This document shows positions 1 through 8,080 of a DNA stretch of 24,000 nt, piece after piece. The DNA is from Thiotrichales bacterium. GTDB lineage: Bacteria > Pseudomonadota > Gammaproteobacteria > Thiomicrospirales > Thiomicrospiraceae. The translations under genes and the position numbers were made by a program. The stretch lies in assembly GCA_022759035.1 (NCBI GenBank), contig JAEMQD010000048.1:8085-32084 (forward strand). The letters are read 5' to 3'. The notes beneath the pieces were generated by a model that worked only from the letters and a program-made list of their open reading frames with translations, made no database searches and was not told the origin of the DNA. Every line of letters begins with the position of its first letter. Position 1 is the stretch's first letter.

Positions 1-1164
1 ATCGATGAGGTAACTCGTTGGATAGGCGAACACTTTCCATGATTTTGCTGTGGCTTGTGTTTCGTCTAACCAAATGGGGAAGCTTAATTGGTACTGTTGC
101 GCAAAGGCACGAATCGCTTCTGGCGATTCACCTAGGTTAACGGCAACGAGTGCAAAGCCTTTATCTGCTTCAGCAGCGAGTAAGCGCTGCATGGAGGGCA
201 TTTCGTGTACACATGGCGGACACCAGCTTGCCCAAAAGTTAACCAACACCACTTTGCCTTTGAGTGCAGATAATTGCTGTTGTTTTCCTGTTGTGTCTGG
301 AAGTTGAATTTGTCCTGCTGTACCCTGTACCGAGAGCAGTCTGCCTGTATTGGCATCTGCCTTTTCTTTTGCCCCCTGGTTTGGCAAAGGATGCCAACTG
401 TGAGGTTGCTTATCTTGTGCTAATAAAGCCAGCGCGTTAGCGACTTCAAGCGCAAAATGCGGTGCATAGGCTTGTTCGGCGCCATTGGCATCGGCGCGAT
501 AAAAAAATCGGTCACGCATATCCACTAATGTTTTCAACCAAACCCTGGCGCCCCCTTCTTCAAGGGTGTGCGCCAGGGTAGAGAGTGATGCATGATAAGG
601 AGAATGTTGTGGTTGAAAAATCCACACAGGTGCATCGATTGCACGTGCAACGGCAAGGTATTCTGCGGCCTCCCCTGGATCTGGCGTTCGGCTGACTAAG
701 TTTGGGCTAATTAATACTAGCCCGCCCCGCTGGTTATTATTGGGTTGTTGCTGTTGCCAAGCTCGCCATGCATTGAGTGCGATAGGTGCGCCTCGTCCGA
801 AGGCCATAACGTGGACTTTTTTGCCTTGTTTGCTTGCTTGAATCAGCAAGTCGACGATATCTGCTAAAGGGAGATGGTTGAGGTTGCTCTCTGATGGAAT
901 TTGCAAATAGCTACCAAACCAATCGGGTTGCCAAACACTCACGTTTTGGGCGACGAGCTGTTGCGCTAATTGCTCATAGCCCGCTTCAAAGCCTTGCCGA
1001 GAAGGAATCATTACCACTAAGTGTTGTGAGGAAGGTGCCGAGAAGGTTTGACCGATAAGATGTGTGTTATTGCTGGTTACCCATTCCATTTCAGCAGCAT
1101 AGTTTGGTGTTGCGTAACAAATGATGAGCAGTAAACTAGTAATGAGTTGAGCGTGTATTTGCAT
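1..1164 (-). CDS. Secreted two-domain protein: unassigned N-terminal domain (alpha/beta-fold-like pattern) fused to a C-terminal TlpA/ResA-like thioredoxin-fold thiol:disulfide oxidoreductase; 3' end lies beyond the window
   Basis: Not in the supplied track because there is no in-window stop. Minus-strand translation from ATG at 1164-1162 gives 388 sense codons down to position 1. I checked every plus-strand triplet in register 1,4,7... for TTA/CTA/TCA and found none. AGGA (1170-1173) lies 5 nt upstream of the ATG. The N-terminus MQIHAQLITSLLLIICYATPNYAAE is signal-peptide-like. The C-terminal ~105 aa (KGKVVLVNFWASWCPPCVHEMPSMQRL...GFALVAVNLGES...FAYPTSYLID) is the classic TlpA/redoxin pattern, with CPPC encoded at 211-222. 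Confidence 0.8.
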   Translation of the reverse strand, partial: MQIHAQLITSLLLIICYATPNYAAEMEWVTSNNTHLIGQTFSAPSSQHLVVMIPSRQGFEAGYEQLAQQLVAQNVSVWQPDWFGSYLQIPSESNLNHLPLADIVDLLIQASKQGKKVHVMAFGRGAPIALNAWRAWQQQQPNNNQRGGLVLISPNLVSRTPDPGEAAEYLAVARAIDAPVWIFQPQHSPYHASLSTLAHTLEEGGARVWLKTLVDMRDRFFYRADANGAEQAYAPHFALEVANALALLAQDKQPHSWHPLPNQGAKEKADANTGRLLSVQGTAGQIQLPDTTGKQQQLSALKGKVVLVNFWASWCPPCVHEMPSMQRLLAAEADKGFALVAVNLGESPEAIRAFAQQYQLSFPIWLDETQATAKSWKVFAYPTSYLID

Positions 1165-1354
1165 GATTTTCCTGTAATTAATTGTTTTTATTTTTGTTTT
1201 ATACTAGGTTCTTTTTCTTGTTTTGTCTAGAGATGTATCTAAAAGAGAAGCAAGGCGCGCGATTAAGCGAATTTGTGCCGATAAGCACTGTCATATGAAT
1301 CGGCTAATGATATGATATGCACCATCATAATTTATACACCGGCCAGGGAGCGTC

Positions 1355-2254
1355 ATGATGCCAACATTGGATTCACTAAATAGCCGTTTTGCGGTAGATA
1401 ATCATATTACCTTTGTGCAGCAAGGCGACTTAGCGATCGCCGTGTTGCAATCGAGCAAAGGCCGTGTGCGCGTTGCCTTACAAGGTGCGCAAGTGTTGGA
1501 TTGGCTGCCAAATGGTGAGACAGTACCAGCCATTTGGGTAAGTGATGCTGCGGTGTATCAATCGGGAAAAGGGGTTCGTGGTGGTGTGCCAGTTTGCTGG
1601 CCATGGTTCGGCGCGGGAGATGCTGGTAAACCAGCGCATGGCTTTGTCCGTACTAAACTCTGGTCGGTTGCAGCGAGCGGCGTGAGTGATGCGGGCGTTT
1701 GGTTACGCTTAACGACCAGTGATGATGAGGCAACACATGCTTTGTGGAATCACGCCTTTAACTTATCGTTAACGGTCACTTTAGGTGAAAAGTTAACCAT
1801 TGTGTTGACCACCGATAACACCAGTAAAAATGAGTTTAGTATTACCGAAGCGTTGCACACCTATTTCGCCATTGGTGATGTTGATCAGGTGCGCGTAACA
1901 GGGTTAGACGGCGTACATTATTTAGATAAAGTATTGGACATGACACGTCATCAACAGCTGGGCGATGTGGCTATTGTTGGCGAGGTAGACCGTATATATG
2001 TCAATACTACTAGCGATGTCGCGATTGTTGATGCTGTGCTAAAGCGTCGTATCGAAATTCGTAAGTCGCGAAGCACTGCTACGGTTGTTTGGAATCCAGG
2101 CAGCGAAAAAGAAAAAGGCTTCGCTGATATGAAAGCGGGCGATTACCGTTCTATGTTATGTGTTGAGTCGGGCACGGCTGGCGGTGATGTCGTCACAATT
2201 CCGGCAGGTGCCGTGCATGCACTGACGGTTGAGTATACCGTTAAGCGCGATTAA
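1355..2254 (+). CDS. yeaD: D-hexose-6-phosphate mutarotase (glucose-6-phosphate 1-epimerase, aldose-1-epimerase superfamily)
   Basis: 299-aa ORF with AGGGAG 4 nt upstream of the ATG. The motif GVRGGVPVCWPWFG and the overall length and pattern (HGFVR, ALHTYF, DRIY, VVWNPG) match YeaD-type mutarotases. Confidence 0.85.
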   Translation: MMPTLDSLNSRFAVDNHITFVQQGDLAIAVLQSSKGRVRVALQGAQVLDWLPNGETVPAIWVSDAAVYQSGKGVRGGVPVCWPWFGAGDAGKPAHGFVRTKLWSVAASGVSDAGVWLRLTTSDDEATHALWNHAFNLSLTVTLGEKLTIVLTTDNTSKNEFSITEALHTYFAIGDVDQVRVTGLDGVHYLDKVLDMTRHQQLGDVAIVGEVDRIYVNTTSDVAIVDAVLKRRIEIRKSRSTATVVWNPGSEKEKGFADMKAGDYRSMLCVESGTAGGDVVTIPAGAVHALTVEYTVKRD

Positions 2255-2265
2255 CTTCTGCTCAG

Positions 2266-2298
2266 GCGTGGTGCCTCGGCTAGGCGTAGACACCACGC
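2266..2298. terminator. Stem-loop between convergent genes (probable bidirectional terminator)
   Basis: GCGTGGTG (2266-2273) and CACCACGC (2291-2298) are perfect reverse complements (8 bp, 17-nt loop with an internal GCCT/AGGC pairing). The hairpin lies in the 56-nt gap between the yeaD stop and the stop of the convergent 2311-5361 gene. On the plus strand it is followed by ACACTTTATT. No clean U-tract on either side. Confidence 0.5.
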
Positions 2299-2310
2299 AC
2301 ACTTTATTGC

Positions 2311-5300
2311 TTAGGTATTTTTCTGTATAAATTGAACAAAGGCTTCGCTATCTAGGGGCTTGCTATAATAGTAGCCCTGTACTTCGTCACACCCTTGTGC
2401 TGCTAAAAATTCTGCTTGTGCTTGTGTTTCTACGCCTTCGGCAATGGTATGCAGACCCAAGTTTTTAGCCATATTAATAATGGTGGTCACAATCGCTCTA
2501 TCCTCGGCATCGACGCTAATATCGCGCACAAAAGATTGATCGACTTTCAACTTATCAATCGTGAACTTCTTAAGATAGTTAAGCGATGAATACCCTGTGC
2601 CAAAATCATCAATGGAGATACGCACGCCTAATTCACTTAGTGTGCGCATTGTTGTAATGGCTTTATCTGGATCAGTCATGGCAATGCTTTCGGTTAATTC
2701 GACTTCCAGATAGTGTGCGGGTAGGGCGGTTTCGGCAAGCAGTGCATGGATTAATTGCGTTAAGTTAACTCGCTTGAACTGTACCGCCGATAAATTAACG
2801 GCAATGGTAAAGGGAGGAAGTCCTTGATCTAGCCAGGTTTTGGTTTGTTGCATTGCTGTCCTGATCACCCATTCTCCGATGGGAATAATGGCACCATTGG
2901 CTTCAGCAATGGGGATAAATTCGGCAGGCGAAATTGCACCAAACGTAGGGTGTTGCCAACGTAATAAAGCCTCTGCTCCTGTAATTTTACCTGTGCTCAA
3001 AGAAATTTGTGGCTGATAATGCAGGCTGAGTTCGTTAAGTTTAATTGCATTATGCAGGGCATTGCTTAGTGCTAACTTGCGTAGTGACAATGCCTGCATT
3101 TCGGTAGTAAAGAAGCTATAAGTGCTTCTTCCAAGGTGCTTTGCATGATACATTGCAGCATCTGCATTTTTGTAAAGGGTTTCGAAGCTTTCACCATCTT
3201 CAGGGTATAGCGCAATGCCGATAGAGCCACTTACAATCAATTCATGTTCGTTAATACGATAGGGCTGTTTGATGATTTCAATGAGTGCCTTTGATCGCGC
3301 TTCTGCTTCTTGCTTGGTGGTATTAGGCACCAGTAGGATAAAATTATCGCCGTCGAGTCTGGCAAAGATTTGATCAGACTGAATGTGGGGTGCGATACGT
3401 TGTGCAATTTGTACTAAAAGCATGTCGCCAATACTATGACCTAAAGAGTCATTAATATCTTTAAAGTGATCGATATCTAATGAAAGCATGGCTAAACTTG
3501 TCTGGGTTTGCTTAGCGGTAATAAGATGTTGCTTTATTTGTTCTGTTAAATAAGCACGGTTGGCTAAGCCAGTCAGCTCGTCGTAGTGTGCCATATGTCG
3601 TATTTTTTGCTCGATGCGCTTACGCTCGGTGATATCGTCATAAACGCCAACAATGCCCACAATTTCGTTAAATTGATTATGTAATGGTGCTTTTGAGATG
3701 CTGAGCCAGATGATTTTGCCATCTGGGGTATTCTGCGGCTGTTCTAGGCCATACACAGCTTGATTGGTGCGCATAACAGTTAAGTCATCAGCACGGTGGC
3801 GTTTCGCTTGAACTTTCCACGGCATATCAAAGTCACTTTTACCAATAAGTGATGTCGGATTTTCAGCGCCAGCATCACGTGCAAATAAGGTGTTACAGCC
3901 TAAGTAGTTTAAGTTGCTGTCTTTCCAAAAAATGCGCACGGGGGCGGTGTTGATGATCGAGCGCATTAAATTGCTGGACTCGGAAAGTGCTTTTTCGGCC
4001 GCAAGCCGCTTCGCTTCACGTTCAAAATTGTCTAAAGCAAAACTAATATCCATTGCCATTTCAAGGAGCAAAAGCTGTGCAGGCTCATCGAAGGCGTTTA
4101 TTTCGTCAGAGTAAAGCGAGAAAATGCCGATCACTTCGCCGTTTTTATGGAGTGGAATGGCTGCCGATGAGCGCCAATCAAATCGTTTGGCGCGTTCATG
4201 CCATGGTGTGGTTGCAGGGTCGTTCTGAAAATCTTGGCACCAGTAAGGTTGATCAGTTAAAAATGCAGTCCCTGTTGGTCCGTGTGCTAGTGGGTCTTCT
4301 GGATTGGTGGAAATACGTAAACCATCCAAGTAGTCTGTGCCATTACCGTAATAGCTAAGGGCATCTAATGTTTTTGTTTCTGGATTATGCACGCCAATCC
4401 ACGCCATTTTCATACCGCCAAAATTGACGACATCACGGCAAATAATCGGAAAAAGTTCTGTTTCTGTTTTAGTGCGCACAATCGCTTGGTTACACTGGCT
4501 GAGCGCAGCATATAACTGTTTTAGTCGATTATTAACGGCAAGGAGTTGGCCAAGTTTTTCTTGTGCCGCTTTAATCCACGCCATAACAGAGTTTTCTGTA
4601 CCAGGGCGCAGGTGAATTTTGGTTGTTAATTCTGCTGTCGCTAACTGCATAATTTGTTGGTGTACTTGTGTAATCGGCGCACCTAACAGTCGGTTGATAC
4701 CACGATAGAGCTGCCATAGACTAGCCAACAACAAAAGACTTAAGAATACAAAAAGAAAGCCTATTGTGGTGGCGATATTTTTCGCTTGATTAAGCTGGCT
4801 ATCGGTACGATAGTCAACCTGTTGACGCAATTGATCTAACATAGCCAAAATGGCAAGCTTTTCTAATTGATATTCACCAGAATCCAATGCAGTTAATGCG
4901 GTGAGCTTCTGTTGTTCAAGATCATAGCTTGAGTCGGGGCTTGGTTTTGCTTCTTTGGCCGAAATTACTTTTAATTCAATCTGTTTTAATAGCGTGGTGC
5001 GTTGCAGTGCTTCGTTTAATAACGCAATTTCATCACTGGTTAACGATTGATAAATAGCATCGTTAAGTAAACGATAGTCGGTTGTTTTTAAGTTGCTTTG
5101 ATTAACTAATTCTTGATATTGTTTTTTACTGTCTTCATCATGGGTCAAGATGTAGTTACGCGCTAGTCGCGATAACTTATTGATCGTACTTTGTACATCC
5201 ATCGTTAGCGACAGGGCGGCAACTTTCTGTTCGTTTGTACGATCGACTCTTTTTTCTGCGATTGTGTAGCCTGTAAAACTAACGGCACTAGCGATCACCA

Positions 5301-5361
5301 ATACGACGACGCGCCATAAGGTGCGTGCAATTTGTTGATAATGCTGCGGTGTGATGTCCAT
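2311..5361 (-). CDS. Membrane sensor protein: 2 TM + periplasmic helical domain, GAF, PAS, degenerate GGDEF, intact EAL (predicted c-di-GMP phosphodiesterase)
   Basis: 1016 aa. Hydrophobic segments at aa 17-33 and 197-216. GAF-like region at ~300-445 and PAS-like region at ~460-585. The GGDEF-domain scaffold (DELTGLANR, DIDHFKDINDSLGH) carries RLDGDNF instead of RxGGDEF (aa 670-674, nt 3340-3354). EAL signatures are all present: EALLRW (EAL at nt 2965-2973), NLS, EVELTES, DDFGTGYSSL, KVD, EGVET, QGYYYSKP. Confidence 0.85.
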   Translation of the reverse strand: MDITPQHYQQIARTLWRVVVLVIASAVSFTGYTIAEKRVDRTNEQKVAALSLTMDVQSTINKLSRLARNYILTHDEDSKKQYQELVNQSNLKTTDYRLLNDAIYQSLTSDEIALLNEALQRTTLLKQIELKVISAKEAKPSPDSSYDLEQQKLTALTALDSGEYQLEKLAILAMLDQLRQQVDYRTDSQLNQAKNIATTIGFLFVFLSLLLLASLWQLYRGINRLLGAPITQVHQQIMQLATAELTTKIHLRPGTENSVMAWIKAAQEKLGQLLAVNNRLKQLYAALSQCNQAIVRTKTETELFPIICRDVVNFGGMKMAWIGVHNPETKTLDALSYYGNGTDYLDGLRISTNPEDPLAHGPTGTAFLTDQPYWCQDFQNDPATTPWHERAKRFDWRSSAAIPLHKNGEVIGIFSLYSDEINAFDEPAQLLLLEMAMDISFALDNFEREAKRLAAEKALSESSNLMRSIINTAPVRIFWKDSNLNYLGCNTLFARDAGAENPTSLIGKSDFDMPWKVQAKRHRADDLTVMRTNQAVYGLEQPQNTPDGKIIWLSISKAPLHNQFNEIVGIVGVYDDITERKRIEQKIRHMAHYDELTGLANRAYLTEQIKQHLITAKQTQTSLAMLSLDIDHFKDINDSLGHSIGDMLLVQIAQRIAPHIQSDQIFARLDGDNFILLVPNTTKQEAEARSKALIEIIKQPYRINEHELIVSGSIGIALYPEDGESFETLYKNADAAMYHAKHLGRSTYSFFTTEMQALSLRKLALSNALHNAIKLNELSLHYQPQISLSTGKITGAEALLRWQHPTFGAISPAEFIPIAEANGAIIPIGEWVIRTAMQQTKTWLDQGLPPFTIAVNLSAVQFKRVNLTQLIHALLAETALPAHYLEVELTESIAMTDPDKAITTMRTLSELGVRISIDDFGTGYSSLNYLKKFTIDKLKVDQSFVRDISVDAEDRAIVTTIINMAKNLGLHTIAEGVETQAQAEFLAAQGCDEVQGYYYSKPLDSEAFVQFIQKNT

Positions 5362-5428
5362 TGTTAATATTGCTCAGATAAATGATGATACAAAGAAAAG
5401 GGGGATCAGTCGCATTATCGCATAAAAA

Positions 5429-6445
5429 TTATGGTGCTGATGTGACATTTTCGTTATGCAAGGCCTGCTCTGATGCCGTGAAGGTGCGCCATTGTGTGTT
5501 TAGGTTTTTGCGAATATTGCTTAAAGCTTCGTCAGATAAACCAAGCACACGACTGGCCAATGCCGACTGGGTCAGCATTTCTTGTGATTGATATGCGCCT
5601 AATGCTAGCTCGCTTACCATGCTTTGTGCTAATAGCCCTGTTGCAATGAGTAAACGTACCGTGGTTTGTTGAATACAATCGTAGCGATGATAGTGATGCC
5701 AAGCAATGGCTAGCAACAGTGCTAAATCCTGTGGTTTACTACGATTGATGCCCCATTTTTCTGCTGTTAATACGCCAAGCAAGGCGTGGCTTGCGTAGTG
5801 CGTTTGTTCAATTTTATGGGCGCTGTCAGGTGTGTGTAAGCTTTGTGCAAAAACAGTTGCATAATCCTCTGGGTAATGTGCCGCTAAGGCTAGCATCCCG
5901 CCATGTAAATATAAACCAAACAAGTAAGCGCGTTCTTGGCTGATTCGTGGGTCATGTGGTGGTAAATAGCCCACAATTTCGGCACAAGCGTAAGCTGTTT
6001 TATTGGCATACGCAATAATGTCTCTAACCAATGGTTGATTAGGCAGCATCTGCTTGAATGCCGCACCCATTGCTAACTGATAAGTGCGTTCCAAGCCAAT
6101 TAAAGTAACACATTGTTGAATGCTAACAATTTCGATGTGACGTTGTAAATGCTTTTGAAAGGCGGGTTGGCTAACCGTGCCGAGTAGTTCGCCACTGATA
6201 ATCGGATTACTTTCGATAATTTTGACAATGTGGCTTAAGTTTGGATTGGATGCGTAAATCGTTTGCGCTAGCATAACAATGGCTTCTGGCATGTCTGGCA
6301 GCAATAGCTTGCCGCCAATTTGTGCGAGTGCGTGCTGGTAGCTGCTTGCGTTGTAAGTTGCCTCAATTGGTGCGCAATCCGTCGGCATAGGCGGTAGGCT
6401 GTGTGCTGCAAAATGCCCATGTCCAGAGTGATACTGTATCTGCAT
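5429..6445 (-). CDS. HDOD-domain signalling protein
   Basis: 338 aa. LPDMPEAIVMLAQTIY...LSHIVKIIESNPIISGELLGTVS...SIQQCVTLIGLERTYQLAMG, followed by AYLFGLYLHGGMLAL and HALLGVLTAEKWGI...AIAWHHY, follows the HDOD consensus layout. Starts 9 nt downstream of the upstream gene's stop. Confidence 0.7.
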   Translation of the reverse strand: MQIQYHSGHGHFAAHSLPPMPTDCAPIEATYNASSYQHALAQIGGKLLLPDMPEAIVMLAQTIYASNPNLSHIVKIIESNPIISGELLGTVSQPAFQKHLQRHIEIVSIQQCVTLIGLERTYQLAMGAAFKQMLPNQPLVRDIIAYANKTAYACAEIVGYLPPHDPRISQERAYLFGLYLHGGMLALAAHYPEDYATVFAQSLHTPDSAHKIEQTHYASHALLGVLTAEKWGINRSKPQDLALLLAIAWHHYHRYDCIQQTTVRLLIATGLLAQSMVSELALGAYQSQEMLTQSALASRVLGLSDEALSNIRKNLNTQWRTFTASEQALHNENVTSAP

Positions 6446-6454
6446 GCTGATCGA

Positions 6455-7990
6455 TTAATGTCCAAATGTTGGTAAATTAAGTTGCTTTAGCTTGTCGGTC
6501 AGTTTATCACTTAGCGACGCTTTTTCTTTATCAATGGCTTGTTGTGCTGCTTTTTCTGCACCTTGTTTTAAGGCGTTACCTAATTCGGTATGGATACTTG
6601 GACTGGTTAAGGCACCCTGTAGTTGTACTGGAATAACAATCCCTTGAACATCGGCAATTAACTTCATGTCGAGCTGCTGATTGGGTAAGTCAATACGGGC
6701 ATTTTGACTTGTCAGGTGTGTGAGCTTGCTTTTCATGTCTAAGTTGGCTAAAACAACGCCTTGCTTAATGCTACCGTTGCTGCTGACGCGTTCGTAGACT
6801 TCGCGAGTGATGTCAAACTTCGCTGCTTGATTAAGTAAGGTGCTAAATTCATTGGGCAGGAGTTGGCCGTCCACCAAGGTAACATCAAACTTGCCTTGTT
6901 GTTGGCTAAGGTTGTAGTTAACGATGCCCGCAAGGCTAGACTTAAAAACAACGGGCATGCCTAATAGTTTGGCCATATCGGTTGTTTGTAGATCGTCTAA
7001 TCGAGCATCAAGTTGATCGCCATTGAGTGTGCTTGTAATACGTCCACCAAGTGTTTGGCTATCGGCGCTAAGCTCAAGGTATTTCGTTGGTATGGTGTAA
7101 GTTGCTTTACCATCAACTTGCAATTGTCCGTGTAATAGCGTGCGCGTAATGAAGGCAAGGGCTGATAAGTCGGGAATATGGGTGTGATGCGCTGCGGTAA
7201 AGCCATCATGACCAAATTCGTAATCTAAATCGTTAATGTCAATGGTCGCAAGCGGATTATCTAGGTGCAGTTGTGAACGGCTATTGCCTTCTAAAATGTC
7301 GGTATTGTTGTTGAAGGTAAATGGCAGGTCTTTTGGTAAGTTCATGTCGTATGCCTGCTGTATTGCCTTGGCGTGTACTAGGCCGTCGTTAATCGTCAGC
7401 TTGGCGGTACCATTCAGTGTGTTTAGGTGTTCGGTGTTAGCCATGCTCAAGCGACTGTCCACCGACAGTGTGCCAGATGCAATGTCGGGCTGTTTCAGTA
7501 ACTGGGTTAACTCGCTTAAACTTAATTGACCACTGGTTACAATGGTTAGTGGTGTACGCGCTGGATGTAAGGCGAAGAAGGTTAACTTACTTTTGGCTAA
7601 GGCGAGATCGCCATCAATTTCTTGCTGTGCTGGCGCTAATACAAAAGTTCCCTGTGTACGCAATGGTCCAGAAAGCGCTAAATTGGTTAAGGGGCTGAGT
7701 TCAGCAAGTTCTTGTGTTTGAAATTGCCAACTGCCCATTGCTTTTGCAGACAGCCAAGCGGTCATTGCATTGATGGTGAGTTGCGTTGTTGGTGTGAGTG
7801 CGATACGCAGATCAACATGATCTAAACGAATGGAAAGCTGTTCAATCTGCGCTTGTGGTAACTTGGTTTGCAGCAAGCGCTGCGCGGTGGGCGTGAAAAG
7901 TTGATTACCTGTTTCGGTAAATAACAACAATCCTATTGCGACAATTGCGCCGAGTGTTAAGCCAATTAACCAAGTAATCAGTCGAACCAT
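6455..7990 (-). CDS. N-terminally membrane-anchored, beta-rich envelope protein, AsmA/TamB-like (family assignment tentative)
   Basis: 511 aa. GAGGT lies 6 nt upstream of the ATG. Single N-terminal TM segment (MVRLITWLIGLTLGAIVAIGLLLF). A long polar repeat-like body follows. The C-terminal pattern (GKFDVTLVDGQL...NGSIKQGVVLANLDMKSKLTHLTSQNARIDLPNQQLDMKLIADVQGIVIPVQLQGALTSPSI) resembles AsmA-family C-terminal regions. A DUF945/YdgA-like alternative cannot be excluded by eye. Confidence 0.45.
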   Translation of the reverse strand: MVRLITWLIGLTLGAIVAIGLLLFTETGNQLFTPTAQRLLQTKLPQAQIEQLSIRLDHVDLRIALTPTTQLTINAMTAWLSAKAMGSWQFQTQELAELSPLTNLALSGPLRTQGTFVLAPAQQEIDGDLALAKSKLTFFALHPARTPLTIVTSGQLSLSELTQLLKQPDIASGTLSVDSRLSMANTEHLNTLNGTAKLTINDGLVHAKAIQQAYDMNLPKDLPFTFNNNTDILEGNSRSQLHLDNPLATIDINDLDYEFGHDGFTAAHHTHIPDLSALAFITRTLLHGQLQVDGKATYTIPTKYLELSADSQTLGGRITSTLNGDQLDARLDDLQTTDMAKLLGMPVVFKSSLAGIVNYNLSQQQGKFDVTLVDGQLLPNEFSTLLNQAAKFDITREVYERVSSNGSIKQGVVLANLDMKSKLTHLTSQNARIDLPNQQLDMKLIADVQGIVIPVQLQGALTSPSIHTELGNALKQGAEKAAQQAIDKEKASLSDKLTDKLKQLNLPTFGH

Positions 7991-8080
7991 GATGCTACCT
8001 CTTCAGCGCTGTACAACCGAGTTTCGACTGTATCACATTATGTATCATAGGGCAACAAACGCCCGCCATAATGGGTAGGC

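Noticed and set aside
50-356. Track ORFs 50-307 (+, 85 aa) and 132-356 (-, 74 aa).
   Set aside because: Both lie inside the 388-codon untracked minus-strand CDS but in other frames. Their translations are low-complexity and have no motifs, whereas the third frame gives a textbook WCPPC thioredoxin domain.
1277-1284. Perfect match to the sigma28 -10 consensus GCCGATAA upstream of yeaD.
   Set aside because: There is no TAAAGTTT-like -35 at the required ~11-nt spacing, and the downstream gene is not flagellar or chemotactic. One chance 8-mer hit in 48 kb of two-strand sequence is not surprising.
1233-1298. 21-codon mini-ORF (MYLKEKQGARLSEFVPISTVI) in the divergent intergenic region.
   Set aside because: There is no Shine-Dalgarno sequence and no distinctive peptide features. 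An ORF of this length is expected by chance in an AT-rich spacer.
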